A stretch of DNA of 43,940 bases, from IMG/VR virus record IMGVR_UViG_3300009826_000019, positions 1 to 43,940 of that record, one strand, 5' to 3'. The position numbers and the translations under genes were made by a program. The notes below the pieces were generated by a model. It was not told the DNA's origin, ran no database searches, and saw only the letters and a program-made list of their open reading frames with translations. Source of the stretch: a virus. Lineage: Duplodnaviria > Heunggongvirae > Uroviricota > Caudoviricetes. The number at the start of each line of letters is the position of its first letter. Within the stretch, counting starts at the first letter, position 1. Shown in pieces: positions 18,803-28,429 of this stretch.

Positions 18803-19120
18803 ATGGTAAATAAAAATTACTATTATTCACATGAAATGGATACACCCCATCTACACGGATTTGATGAGGAAAAAATTCTAACCCTTCAAGTGGATAGACA
18901 TAAGACCATACCAAATTATTATATGGCAACACTGAAAAATCCGTTCATTGACGACGTTAGAATCACACAACCAAATCCGGGTGATATTTCAACCTCAAAG
19001 GATACAACACGGTTTTATTTATCCGTAGATGCAATAAATGCGGGTATATCTCTATACATTAAACATTTCAAGGTATTAGGTTATACATTGTCAATTCACA
19101 ATAAAAAATTAGAAATATGA
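18803..19120 (+). CDS. Hypothetical protein
   Basis: Closely spaced operon ORF. Confidence 0.7.
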   Translation: MVNKNYYYSHEMDTPHLHGFDEEKILTLQVDRHKTIPNYYMATLKNPFIDDVRITQPNPGDISTSKDTTRFYLSVDAINAGISLYIKHFKVLGYTLSIHNKKLEI

Positions 19121-19467
19121 GAAAGTTTTTAAGAGAGTTTGGTAAATTCATCAGTGGTGAATTTAAAAGCGCAAGTTATGTTCTTTCAGATAGCGTATCG
19201 CACCCGATACCAATGATTTCACATAACTCAAATGATAGATTTTTTACCTTTACCGTAACAAAAATGAAAGACGGTAAATCCTACACAGGTCTTCTTCAAA
19301 ACGATAATGTTGTTGACGTGTTTATCGCCCACAACGGTAACAAAAGATACACCTCAAAAGAAGAAGTAATACGACATGGGTTGGTGTTCTATAAAAAATT
19401 CCTTCAACCATCAGGTTGGGATATTCTACCGGAAATTGTAATTTTAAATCACGCATATACTAAATAA
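19117..19467 (+). CDS. Hypothetical protein
   Basis: ATGA overlap with the upstream ORF. Confidence 0.7.
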   Translation: MRKFLREFGKFISGEFKSASYVLSDSVSHPIPMISHNSNDRFFTFTVTKMKDGKSYTGLLQNDNVVDVFIAHNGNKRYTSKEEVIRHGLVFYKKFLQPSGWDILPEIVILNHAYTK

Positions 19468-19468
19468 A

Positions 19469-19837
19469 ATGGAGTTGGATTTATATACATATGATCCCTG
19501 TGTTTTAGACCGCACACGAAGAGATAAAAACATATTTAAGAATAGAAATATGGTAAACTCAATATTTGAAAGAGCAAAAGTATATAACAAAACAAAAGCA
19601 GATAGTAAATTTGCATTTGATAACTTATGTAAAGAATTGCAAAAACACACAGACAGGGAAATATTGTTAAACGATTTTCAAGCTGATGGTGTATGTGTGG
19701 GGTTTGTTTGTGACGAAGAAACAGATAGCGTAACCATAGTTCCAACATATTATCCAATGATATATGTCGTAACACAAATAGCAAAAAACGGACACTTCAA
19801 TTACGATAGTTTGGACACCGATTATAAATGTTATTAA
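19469..19837 (+). CDS. Hypothetical protein
   Basis: Starts 1 nt after the upstream stop. Confidence 0.7.
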   Translation: MELDLYTYDPCVLDRTRRDKNIFKNRNMVNSIFERAKVYNKTKADSKFAFDNLCKELQKHTDREILLNDFQADGVCVGFVCDEETDSVTIVPTYYPMIYVVTQIAKNGHFNYDSLDTDYKCY

Positions 19838-19862
19838 TCATAAAATTAAAAATGATATTGAA

Positions 19863-20741
19863 ATGGAAGATAACCAAAAAATGATTACCGAAGTATTATC
19901 GGTTTCATCAATCGTTGAAAGAGTTGCAAATGACATTTTTCATTTTATTAAACAAAATCATAATATTAATAAAGTTAGAGATGTGAGTTTTATTGGTTCA
20001 GCAGATATAACACTTAAAACACATGATTTTGATAATGAAGAGGATGTTAATGATTTTAACGAAGAGTGTGAATATGAGAGATATGAAGAAGCATATATTG
20101 ATAAATCTCAAAAAATTCACGGAATAAAATTCCACATGGAATGTGCTACTCTAAATGGAAATATTGTCAATGATAAACTATTAGATGTTTTATACCATGA
20201 GGTGGAACACGCTTATCAAGATTATTGTAAATTGGTGAGAGGTGTAGATGTATCTAAAACACCAAGATATAAATTATATAAATTCGCAATAGAACATATG
20301 AATAATACTAATTATTGTTTATTTGTTTTTTGTTATATAGTGTATATGTCGGATTGGAATGAGCAAGATTCGTTTGTAAATCAATTATACTCTATGTTAA
20401 ATCAAAACAATAAAGTGATAAATAAATATAATTTAAACACATATTATCACGAAAGCGATGCATATTCACATTTAAAAAGATTGTTGAAATTTCAAAAAGA
20501 GTTACCAAAATGGGATGAAAACGATATTCGTTATTCTGATATGAAGTTTATCTTAAATATGAATAATATAAATTTTGATAAGAATCAAATTATAGAATTA
20601 CTTAATAAGACTATTGGGCGTTTTAGTACAAAAATTGGTAAGATATTAGCAAAAATAATGTTAGAAAAAAACTTAACAGAACATGTTGCTTATTACCGAA
20701 AACCAATTCCTAAAAGTGTACTTAAAAGACTAAACCTTTAA
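19863..20741 (+). CDS. Hypothetical protein with HExxH (zincin-like) motif
   Basis: LYHEVEHAYQD, followed downstream by NEQDSF. Confidence 0.6.
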   Translation: MEDNQKMITEVLSVSSIVERVANDIFHFIKQNHNINKVRDVSFIGSADITLKTHDFDNEEDVNDFNEECEYERYEEAYIDKSQKIHGIKFHMECATLNGNIVNDKLLDVLYHEVEHAYQDYCKLVRGVDVSKTPRYKLYKFAIEHMNNTNYCLFVFCYIVYMSDWNEQDSFVNQLYSMLNQNNKVINKYNLNTYYHESDAYSHLKRLLKFQKELPKWDENDIRYSDMKFILNMNNINFDKNQIIELLNKTIGRFSTKIGKILAKIMLEKNLTEHVAYYRKPIPKSVLKRLNL

Positions 20742-20753
20742 AAAAAATAAAAT

Positions 20754-21200
20754 ATGTACGATAGTAAAGAAGAAACATTAAAACACATACGCACAGTAGA
20801 AGCGTATATTGATATTCTGAAAAAAGAATTGACCGTAAGACAAGTGCAACACGACGTGAGCAAACTTGTTTCACCCGAAAAGGAAATCTTTGACGAAATG
20901 ACACCTAGACTTAAAGCATCAACCTATGGGTCTGAGGAATATCAAGGATTTCTAATGCAAATGCAAGTGGCACTCGACCACCACTATAAGAAAAATAGAC
21001 ACCACCCGGAACATTTTCCAAACGGTGTAAGCGGTATGACCCTTATAGATGTTATTGAAATGTTATGTGATTGGAAGGCGGCAACCCTCCGACACGCTGA
21101 CGGCGATATTAGAAAAAGTATCGAAATCAACCAAAAACGTTTCGGTTATTCAGACGAACTAAAACAAATCTTTTTAAACACAATTGAAATATTTGATTGA
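20754..21200 (+). CDS. DUF5662-like His-rich protein
   Basis: HDVSKL...EK..F, LDHHYKKNRHHPEHF, DVIEMLCDW. Confidence 0.65.
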   Translation: MYDSKEETLKHIRTVEAYIDILKKELTVRQVQHDVSKLVSPEKEIFDEMTPRLKASTYGSEEYQGFLMQMQVALDHHYKKNRHHPEHFPNGVSGMTLIDVIEMLCDWKAATLRHADGDIRKSIEINQKRFGYSDELKQIFLNTIEIFD

Positions 21201-21201
21201 T

Positions 21202-21699
21202 ATGCCAAGTAAAGCAGTAAAACACGCCGTAGAAAAACGAGAAAAAGAAATCTTGGAGGGATTAGGAATAAATTATTATAACCTCTTCAATGGGCGAACA
21301 ATCGCCTTCGACTTTGACGGCACTATAACAACCCGAAATATATATCCCCACATAGGAGATATTAGACCCGGTGTAGCCGATTGTATCAACTTAATACACG
21401 GATACGGCGCAGAGGTGATAATATGGACATGTCGAGCACACCACGATCAAATGGAAGCGGTTCATAACAGAGCATACGAAGAAATGCTTGTGTTCCTCGA
21501 TTTCTATGGTATCAAATATCACCAAATAAACCGAAACACCGAACCAATGGGAAGAAAACCGGGACCAAAAATATACGCCTGTTGCTACATAGACGATAAA
21601 GGTCTTGGTTGGAATCCAAACCACACAGGCGAAACACTGTTCACCGCAATAGTGGAACACCTTCAAGGAAACAACCGCTTCTTTTTGGAAAACCATTAA
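21202..21699 (+). CDS. HAD-superfamily hydrolase
   Basis: IAFDFDGTI (motif I), IIWTCR (II), YIDDK (IV). The track start 21184 is TTG; ATG 21202 is in frame. Confidence 0.8.
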   Translation: MPSKAVKHAVEKREKEILEGLGINYYNLFNGRTIAFDFDGTITTRNIYPHIGDIRPGVADCINLIHGYGAEVIIWTCRAHHDQMEAVHNRAYEEMLVFLDFYGIKYHQINRNTEPMGRKPGPKIYACCYIDDKGLGWNPNHTGETLFTAIVEHLQGNNRFFLENH

Positions 21700-21719
21700 T
21701 AATATGTAATTTTATTATA

Positions 21720-21947
21720 ATGAGATTATCAATTATAATTTTTTCAGTAATAGTGTTTCTGTTTATGATGATCGCTCTTATCAACATAAATCCTGAACCT
21801 TGGGGTACATTAGAACACCTGGGAGCATTAGCAATACTTGGGTTTATAGTGGTGTGTGCAAATAATGCAATATCCACCCTAAAAAAAGAGTTGGGAGAAA
21901 AACAAATAGAACGCGAATTAAATAAATTTAAAAAAGAAATACCATGA
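21720..21947 (+). CDS. Small two-TM membrane protein
   Basis: In-frame ATG 21720 of the track ORF 21609; two hydrophobic segments. Confidence 0.6.
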   Translation: MRLSIIIFSVIVFLFMMIALININPEPWGTLEHLGALAILGFIVVCANNAISTLKKELGEKQIERELNKFKKEIP

Positions 21948-22207
21948 GCATATATGATATTGAAAAAACATATAACAAAAAGGTTGAAAGATTTAACCGA
22001 TTTGTTGATTGGAAAAATAGATTAATTTGGTTTCTAATCACCACACTAATCATATACGGTGTAGCATACTATATAGCACCCTCAATGGATATAACCCTGT
22101 CATGCACATGGTCATTATGGTTCTTCGGAATTATAGGAAGCATAGCATTTATTTGGTCAGTTATTTTAGTAATTTATAAACATAAAAACTTTTTTTATCA
22201 TGGATAA
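21944..22207 (+). CDS. Small membrane protein
   Basis: ATGA overlap; two hydrophobic segments. Confidence 0.65.
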   Translation: MSIYDIEKTYNKKVERFNRFVDWKNRLIWFLITTLIIYGVAYYIAPSMDITLSCTWSLWFFGIIGSIAFIWSVILVIYKHKNFFYHG

Positions 22208-22526
22208 TACAATGAATACCATTATCAATGTGCTTACAATAGCATTTTTCATAGCATTGGTGATAGCAGTGATATATTTAAGTGTCTTTTTTCTACACTA
22301 CCTTGGTTTTAGGGGTCGAACACTCAACAAACTATATTGGTGGTTTAATTTAGAGAAACCCAAATCCGAAAAAGAACGGATTGTGGAGGAACTATTGGAA
22401 GAAATGAAAAACACAGCAACCAAACTTGAAGAACATGTTCAATACAACAAATCACTAATGAAACCATATACCAAGTTGGTGAATAACATTTGTAAGTTAC
22501 AAAAAATTCAACATAAAATATCATGA
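22200..22526 (+). CDS. Membrane-anchored coiled-coil protein
   Basis: N-terminal TM; overlaps the upstream stop. Confidence 0.65.
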   Translation: MDNTMNTIINVLTIAFFIALVIAVIYLSVFFLHYLGFRGRTLNKLYWWFNLEKPKSEKERIVEELLEEMKNTATKLEEHVQYNKSLMKPYTKLVNNICKLQKIQHKIS

Positions 22527-22690
22527 TAACAAGCCCACACTTTATTAGAATTGGTCGCAAACACAAATTCAACCAAATGTTAGCAGAAGCATACGCCGAG
22601 TGTGTAGAAGACGGGTCGATCAAAGAAACCCCCGAATGTGTAAATGAACTTTATACCGAAATAAGAAATAATAAAACAAAAAAGAAATGA
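22523..22690 (+). CDS. Small hypothetical protein, 55 aa (MITSPHFIRIGRKHKF...)
   Basis: ATGA-coupled at both ends; not in the track. Confidence 0.6.
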   Translation: MITSPHFIRIGRKHKFNQMLAEAYAECVEDGSIKETPECVNELYTEIRNNKTKKK

Positions 22691-22782
22691 TGTATTTTTT
22701 CATAGGAGTTGGAATAGGAACAGTAGCATGTTTTGCCGCTATGTATCTAAAAGATTATCTCGATAAAAAAGGAATATTATGA
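22687..22782 (+). CDS. Small TM peptide, 31 aa (MMYFFIGVGIGTVACFAAMYLK...)
   Basis: ATGA-coupled at both ends; not in the track. Confidence 0.55.
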   Translation: MMYFFIGVGIGTVACFAAMYLKDYLDKKGIL

Positions 22783-23105
22783 AGACAATGTGTTTAGAGG
22801 AACAAACAGCAGTTGATATTATCTCTTCGGTTGAAAAACTAAAACAATACCGCGGTGATTATCGCTTCCTGAAATTAGCGTTGGGAGAAGAATCCATAAA
22901 AGATATGGAAAGGAAAATGTATATTATTCCCATATACGATAAAGAAAATATCACCGAAGATGATATTCCAACAGGATACAACGTAACAGCAAAATATTAC
23001 GAAACACGTAATCACATAAGACGTGAACGTAGATGGTATAATTGGTATCCACCAATAGTTTGGTACAGACTAAAAGTGTGGTTATTCGGTGATTTATTTG
23101 TTTAA
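22779..23105 (+). CDS. Hypothetical protein
   Basis: ATGA overlap. Confidence 0.65.
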   Translation: MKTMCLEEQTAVDIISSVEKLKQYRGDYRFLKLALGEESIKDMERKMYIIPIYDKENITEDDIPTGYNVTAKYYETRNHIRRERRWYNWYPPIVWYRLKVWLFGDLFV

Positions 23106-23124
23106 CTAAAAAAAAAGAAATAAA

Positions 23125-23310
23125 ATGATATGTAAATACGAACAGGCAAAACAATACGCCAAAGAAAATTATACCGGAATACCGGCACACATAGTAGAAG
23201 AAATTTTTCTCTCCGGCTACGACTGCGCCATTACCATCAACGATTTAGACGACGAAGATGAAGGTGAAGACGAAGCGTATGTATTACTCAAAAACAATTA
23301 TGTAGCATGA
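23125..23310 (+). CDS. Hypothetical protein
   Basis: Operon ORF. Confidence 0.6.
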   Translation: MICKYEQAKQYAKENYTGIPAHIVEEIFLSGYDCAITINDLDDEDEGEDEAYVLLKNNYVA

Positions 23311-23540
23311 TATACAAAAGAAAATCAAGAAGCGCAATGTTCTACGTAATATTCTTCGCAATAACATTGATAATGATATTTAGTCGGTACATGATAACCG
23401 AAAATACCCTAGAATGTATTTGGTACACAGCAAGCATAATATCACCAATAGTATTCTGTATATTATTGTTTGTACACCTGAAATCAAATAGCGAAAAAAT
23501 AACCGAAATATTAAATGACCTCCATGAACTTGAAGATTGA
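23307..23540 (+). CDS. Small two-TM membrane protein
   Basis: ATGA overlap; hydrophobic. Confidence 0.6.
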   Translation: MIYKRKSRSAMFYVIFFAITLIMIFSRYMITENTLECIWYTASIISPIVFCILLFVHLKSNSEKITEILNDLHELED

Positions 23541-24597
23541 AGAACGTGTCGCACAAGCAGTGCTTCCCAATATTAACCTTATCAAACCCCATATTCTCAC
23601 CGAAAAAGTGAAAGAATATGTGATAGGTAATGATAATGCTATTGAGATATTATCAACGGCAATCTATAACCACTATAAACGGATTGTATATAACAACTCC
23701 GAAGTGGAATTGGATAAATCAAATATCCTTCTATTAGGTGGAACGGGTTCAGGAAAATCATATATTGCAAAAACAATGTGCAAATGCCTGAACATTCCAT
23801 ACTATATAGCAGACGCTTCCGTATTGACGGCATCGGGATACGTGGGTTCAGACGTGGAAACAATACTATCCGGTCTATATACAGCAGCAGACGGCGACAT
23901 AAACAAAGCACAACAAGGTATTCTAATCATTGACGAAATTGATAAGATTACCAACAAAGAAGAAAATATCTCAATAACAAGAGACGTGAGCGGAATAGAC
24001 GTACAATACGAACTCCTGAAAATAATGGAAGGTACAGTGCGACAAATCCAACCGGGTGAAAAAAGAAAACACCCCGAAAAACCCTCAATACCATTTGATA
24101 CAACAAACGTGTTGTTCATTTGCATGGGCGCATTTGAAGGTATCGAAAAGATAATCGAAAAAAGATTAAACATAAGAAAAATCGGTTATACCGCCGATAA
24201 ATCAAAAAAATCGTATGATCCAAATCAAATCTATACATACACAAACCAAGATGATATAAGGGCATACGGACTGATAAGAGAAATGATCGGTAGATTACCC
24301 ATCATAACCTCAACCGACATTCTTTGTAGAGACACCCTGAAAGATATTCTAACAAAACCAAAAAATAATATCATTAAGCAATACCAAGAACTCTTTGCAA
24401 TGGATAACTGTGAACTCACATTTGACGAAGAAGCATTGGAAACAATCGCCGACTTCTCCATAAAGAACAAATCCGGCGCAAGAAGTCTAAGAGCAACTCT
24501 CGAAAAAATTCTTCAAAAATTCATGTTCAGAATACCAAAAACCGGAGAGGAAAGTATAAACATAACAAATGATATAGTAAAAGAAAAATTAAAATAA
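23515..24597 (+). CDS. clpX: ClpX-like AAA+ unfoldase lacking the N-terminal zinc-binding domain
   Basis: Walker A GGTGSGKS, pore-1 GYVG, Walker B IIDEIDK, pore-2 RDVSG, RKH loop, IGY loop, sensor-2 GARSLR. Confidence 0.93.
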   Translation: MTSMNLKIEERVAQAVLPNINLIKPHILTEKVKEYVIGNDNAIEILSTAIYNHYKRIVYNNSEVELDKSNILLLGGTGSGKSYIAKTMCKCLNIPYYIADASVLTASGYVGSDVETILSGLYTAADGDINKAQQGILIIDEIDKITNKEENISITRDVSGIDVQYELLKIMEGTVRQIQPGEKRKHPEKPSIPFDTTNVLFICMGAFEGIEKIIEKRLNIRKIGYTADKSKKSYDPNQIYTYTNQDDIRAYGLIREMIGRLPIITSTDILCRDTLKDILTKPKNNIIKQYQELFAMDNCELTFDEEALETIADFSIKNKSGARSLRATLEKILQKFMFRIPKTGEESINITNDIVKEKLK

Positions 24598-24598
24598 T

Positions 24599-24940
24599 AT
24601 GAATATAGAAAAGTCATTAAAATTAGCAAAAGAATGGGCACAAAAATACGTAGACCCATTCCACAATTCTGTGGCAACAATAAGTTTCGCAGCAGGTTGG
24701 GAAGCACGTAAAAAAGAATATCCCGAAGCATTAACCGAAGCAATGAAAAAGTGGATAACAAACCACACCGAAGAGGAACAAAATGAACCATACCTCGTTT
24801 TTGACTGTAAAACATATACCCTCAAAGACCTGTTGTACGAAATAGATAATAATAGCGAAGTCGTACAAAAATTATATAAAAACCTAATAAATCTAACAGT
24901 GGATTTGTTATCACGTGGAAAAATTTCAAATAATTTATAG
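24599..24940 (+). CDS. Hypothetical protein
   Basis: Operon ORF. Confidence 0.7.
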   Translation: MNIEKSLKLAKEWAQKYVDPFHNSVATISFAAGWEARKKEYPEALTEAMKKWITNHTEEEQNEPYLVFDCKTYTLKDLLYEIDNNSEVVQKLYKNLINLTVDLLSRGKISNNL

Positions 24941-25000
24941 ATAAGAGCGGATAATCATTAAAAAAAATGTAAATTAATAACAAATAAAAAATAAAACATT

Positions 25001-25303
25001 ATGTTAACAGTAGTAATAATATTAGCAGTATTAATGGTGGCGGGGTTCATATACCTTGGAATGGAAGTTGATAAAACAAATAACCGCCTCGATGAATTGA
25101 TAAAACAATTCAAACCAACCGAAACACCGGTAGTAGAAGAAACAACCGAAAAGGAAGAAGTACCCCTTAGGGAATATAGAAACTATACCAAAGAAGAATT
25201 GGTGTCAATCCTAACACCCGAAGGTATAGAAAATATTCTAAACCTAATGAAAAGACTTGAGGAATTAGACCAAAACCCCACAAAAAGAAAAATTGGAATA
25301 TGA
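25001..25303 (+). CDS. Membrane-anchored hypothetical protein
   Basis: N-terminal TM. Confidence 0.65.
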   Translation: MLTVVIILAVLMVAGFIYLGMEVDKTNNRLDELIKQFKPTETPVVEETTEKEEVPLREYRNYTKEELVSILTPEGIENILNLMKRLEELDQNPTKRKIGI

Positions 25304-25578
25304 AAAACGAAAGAGTTTTAGAATTAAGAGATTTATTTGAAGAATATCTACCCCAAGAAGTAGAATATGAAGGCGATATGTTTTTCGGCGAAAGCGGAAG
25401 TTTTAAAGGTGCATTTGTCGAAATGAACTTCCCGGAAGTCATGGAAAGATTTGTATATGACCTGTGCAAGAAACAAAGAGAAATCTGTGTAAAAGCATAT
25501 CTCAATTCCATTGACCACGACGACGTGGAAGATAATATCCTCAACGCCGAACAACCAAAAATATCCGACCTGATATGA
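25300..25578 (+). CDS. Hypothetical protein
   Basis: ATGA overlap. Confidence 0.65.
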   Translation: MKNERVLELRDLFEEYLPQEVEYEGDMFFGESGSFKGAFVEMNFPEVMERFVYDLCKKQREICVKAYLNSIDHDDVEDNILNAEQPKISDLI

Positions 25579-25904
25579 AAACAAAATTGTTAAAGTTAGT
25601 AAGAAAGAACGCACAGTTCAAACACGAAACTTATCAAAATATTTCGAGCCCCTCAAACCCATTCTCACAATTCAACAGGTGGGAAACAATTTGGTACATG
25701 AAACTCAATGACGAATATTATGAAAATAAAAGTCTAATGAAATTACTCGAAATCGCCGTTGAATCCCTTTTCTCTACGGAAATGGCAATAAAGATAATCG
25801 AAAATAATAAAGATAAGAGAAATAAAAGAGTTGAATATACCAAATGGTTAGCAAACCAAGAATACCTTAAAAAGAAATTCAATAGTATTAACCCTCATTT
25901 CTAA
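25575..25904 (+). CDS. Hypothetical protein
   Basis: ATGA overlap. Confidence 0.65.
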   Translation: MKTKLLKLVRKNAQFKHETYQNISSPSNPFSQFNRWETIWYMKLNDEYYENKSLMKLLEIAVESLFSTEMAIKIIENNKDKRNKRVEYTKWLANQEYLKKKFNSINPHF

Positions 25905-25909
25905 ATATC

Positions 25910-26425
25910 ATGCAAGAAGTAATCGGCGGCATACAAGCCCACCTTAAATTGGATTGGGAAGGAAATTTTATAACAACAAAATTACTTTTCTCAAAAATAA
26001 AACAAACACACATTCCCGAAGCAAATGTGTGGAAAATCGAATTGAGCGGAAGTTCCCCATTCGATAATAGTCTTACATTCTTCCGCGATACTCAACTCCA
26101 TAACCTACCCGAAGGTGTAACCGAAATAACAGATAAAAACGGTGACTTCTATGAAGAAGCAAGAAAGAGAATAAAAGATGCGGTTGATAAAGCAACTATC
26201 CAAAACCAAATAATTGATAGTGATAGCGAAAACCAAATAAACAATGGTGATACCGAATTTAACAACAGAATAGTATATACCCTACATAGTAACGGTTGGG
26301 TTGGTCATTATAAAACCAAAAGCGCAGCATATCGTGACTACCGCTCACAAGACTATATAGAAGAAAAAGTAGTAACCAAAGAAGAATACGCTTCATTTTG
26401 GTTTGAAGAAGATAAACCATTCTAA
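25910..26425 (+). CDS. Hypothetical protein
   Basis: Operon ORF. Confidence 0.7.
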   Translation: MQEVIGGIQAHLKLDWEGNFITTKLLFSKIKQTHIPEANVWKIELSGSSPFDNSLTFFRDTQLHNLPEGVTEITDKNGDFYEEARKRIKDAVDKATIQNQIIDSDSENQINNGDTEFNNRIVYTLHSNGWVGHYKTKSAAYRDYRSQDYIEEKVVTKEEYASFWFEEDKPF

Positions 26426-26434
26426 AAAAAAGAT

Positions 26435-26671
26435 ATGAAAACAATTAATGATATCGAAGTTGAAGTAACATTCAGAGTAAAACTCTCTGACGTAAAAGTC
26501 CCCGATAACGTGTACAAAGGATTCATTGAACTCGAAAATGAATACTTCGGAGAAATCGCAAGCTCAGACGTTATCAAAGATAAAAATATCATGGCAGCAT
26601 ACGATTGGCTCGGCGAAAATATTAAATACGAAGACGGATTAGATTACATATACCAAATCGAAATAACATGA
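26435..26671 (+). CDS. Hypothetical protein
   Basis: Operon ORF. Confidence 0.65.
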   Translation: MKTINDIEVEVTFRVKLSDVKVPDNVYKGFIELENEYFGEIASSDVIKDKNIMAAYDWLGENIKYEDGLDYIYQIEIT

Positions 26672-26976
26672 AAATATACAGAGATAGACAAAAGTTAAAC
26701 TATTTTTCAGCAGCATGTAATCTCAAAAGATTAATACCCGAACTGAAAGATATGAGCGCAGAAGATATAGAATACCACCTCAAAGGGTCAAACATCGTAT
26801 TCCATAAAGAAAACGTAAAACACGTTACACTCCTAAGGAGATTAACACTCCCATTCGCAATACTAACCCTAATAATAGGATTCATATTCATGCCAATAGC
26901 ATTTATGATAACAGGAAAATGGGGTTATGATAAAAATTGGATATATAATTGGTTCAAATCACTTAATTTACATTAA
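26668..26976 (+). CDS. Hypothetical membrane protein
   Basis: ATGA overlap; C-terminal TM. Confidence 0.65.
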   Translation: MKIYRDRQKLNYFSAACNLKRLIPELKDMSAEDIEYHLKGSNIVFHKENVKHVTLLRRLTLPFAILTLIIGFIFMPIAFMITGKWGYDKNWIYNWFKSLNLH

Positions 26977-26978
26977 TA

Positions 26979-27224
26979 ATGATAAGACGACACACATTAA
27001 CACCACCACCACCACTCCCCCCAAAATCAATACTGTGTTTCAAAGAGGAACCAATAATGGGTAAAGCAATGGAAACCGCAAACCACGCCTTTATTGCAAA
27101 AATAAGAGCCGCCGGTATAACAGCAGAAGATATAATAAACTTCTTCGAGAACCTACAAGAAGCAGGCAAACTTTGGAGAGAACACCGAGAAAAATACGAA
27201 ACACTAAAAACCGAAACACCATGA
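26979..27224 (+). CDS. Hypothetical protein
   Basis: Operon ORF. Confidence 0.6.
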   Translation: MIRRHTLTPPPPLPPKSILCFKEEPIMGKAMETANHAFIAKIRAAGITAEDIINFFENLQEAGKLWREHREKYETLKTETP

Positions 27225-27619
27225 TATATATGAGCGAAAATATGTTTCAAGAAAAGTTAAAAGAAACAGCCGAAGCATTTACCAAAAGGTGGAAAGAAAA
27301 AAATATAGACCACGACTATAAAAAAATAAACGATACCACCTTCAAACAATTATTCGATAACTTCTATGAAGAATATTGGAACAACCATAACGAAATAAAA
27401 GTTATCAAAAACGATATAGGTACATTTGACGATACATACATAGACGACTTTGTATCCGATATGAAACTTAAACTCGAACTGTTCAAAACAGACTTCCATA
27501 ACGAAATCAAAAAACCCGGCGGACCAGCAGGAACACAAGCATACATAACACTCATGCAAAACTTCGTGGAATACTGTGCAGCATACACCGATAGAAGATT
27601 CGAAATAATATGGGAATAA
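27221..27619 (+). CDS. Hypothetical protein
   Basis: ATGA-coupled in-frame start of the track ORF 27173. Confidence 0.65.
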   Translation: MIYMSENMFQEKLKETAEAFTKRWKEKNIDHDYKKINDTTFKQLFDNFYEEYWNNHNEIKVIKNDIGTFDDTYIDDFVSDMKLKLELFKTDFHNEIKKPGGPAGTQAYITLMQNFVEYCAAYTDRRFEIIWE

Positions 27620-27620
27620 C

Positions 27621-27649
27621 AGATCGGAATAATATTAAACCTATATATT
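27621..27649 (+). promoter_or_regulatory. ATCG-N17-TATATT element (outlier copy)
   Basis: AGATCG GAATAATATTAAACCTA TATATT, ending 7 nt before ATG 27657. Confidence 0.7.
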
Positions 27650-27656
27650 AAGCGAT

Positions 27657-28184
27657 ATGATAAACATAAATAAAGTTAATACAACAATGTTGGAACGTAG
27701 TGACGCAGATAATGAAGAAATTAATGCAACACTATTTAAACGCAGTGACCTGGATTGGGAAAATTGGTTTCCACTCGAAGCAGAAGAAACCGGTCTCCCA
27801 TTCAGAATTTGGGTACGCGCCGGTAACGCAATAGAAAACCCAAACGAAATTCCAACAATGCGCTGTGAAAAAGTCCAAGACACGTTTTTCATAGTAACAT
27901 TGGAAGATAACCCAAGAGTTCTCGGACATAACCTGGAAACACTCGAAGAAGAAGTGAATAATAATGATATTCAAATAAACGAGGAAATATCATTTGAAGA
28001 TTGGGGTAGCGATATGGAAAGTTACCTAATGTCATTTATCGGTTGGTACAGAAGAAACCACGAAACAACACCGCAACACCCAAACTTCCCATTCCCAAAA
28101 GATAAACAATGGGTAGAATGGATGCAACTGTTCATGGAATTTCTATCCCAAGATACCGATAAACGAATGGAAATAAATTACTAA
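27657..28184 (+). CDS. Hypothetical protein
   Basis: 175-aa acidic ORF. Confidence 0.7.
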   Translation: MININKVNTTMLERSDADNEEINATLFKRSDLDWENWFPLEAEETGLPFRIWVRAGNAIENPNEIPTMRCEKVQDTFFIVTLEDNPRVLGHNLETLEEEVNNNDIQINEEISFEDWGSDMESYLMSFIGWYRRNHETTPQHPNFPFPKDKQWVEWMQLFMEFLSQDTDKRMEINY

Positions 28185-28197
28185 ATATGGTTTTAAC

Positions 28198-28425
28198 ATG
28201 ATAGTAAAACAAAAATACCAAATCTGCGAAAACTGCGCCCACGCACTGTACGATAATGACGGTGACGTTTATTGTGAATACCAACAAGAATACGTAGACG
28301 AAGTAGATACCGAAGACGGATGCGAAGAAGGGGGTTTCCAACCACACCCAATGTTAGATTTGGATTTTTATTTATTTCAAACAGACAATTGGAACAACGT
28401 GGATTTGGGATATATAAAAAATTAG
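28198..28425 (+). CDS. Small Cys-rich acidic protein
   Basis: CENC...C...C pattern. Confidence 0.6.
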   Translation: MIVKQKYQICENCAHALYDNDGDVYCEYQQEYVDEVDTEDGCEEGGFQPHPMLDLDFYLFQTDNWNNVDLGYIKN

Positions 28426-28429
28426 AAAT

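Noticed and set aside
24941-24975. GAGCGGATAATC as another promoter element
   Set aside because: Lacks ATCG and has no TATATT at the 17-nt position.
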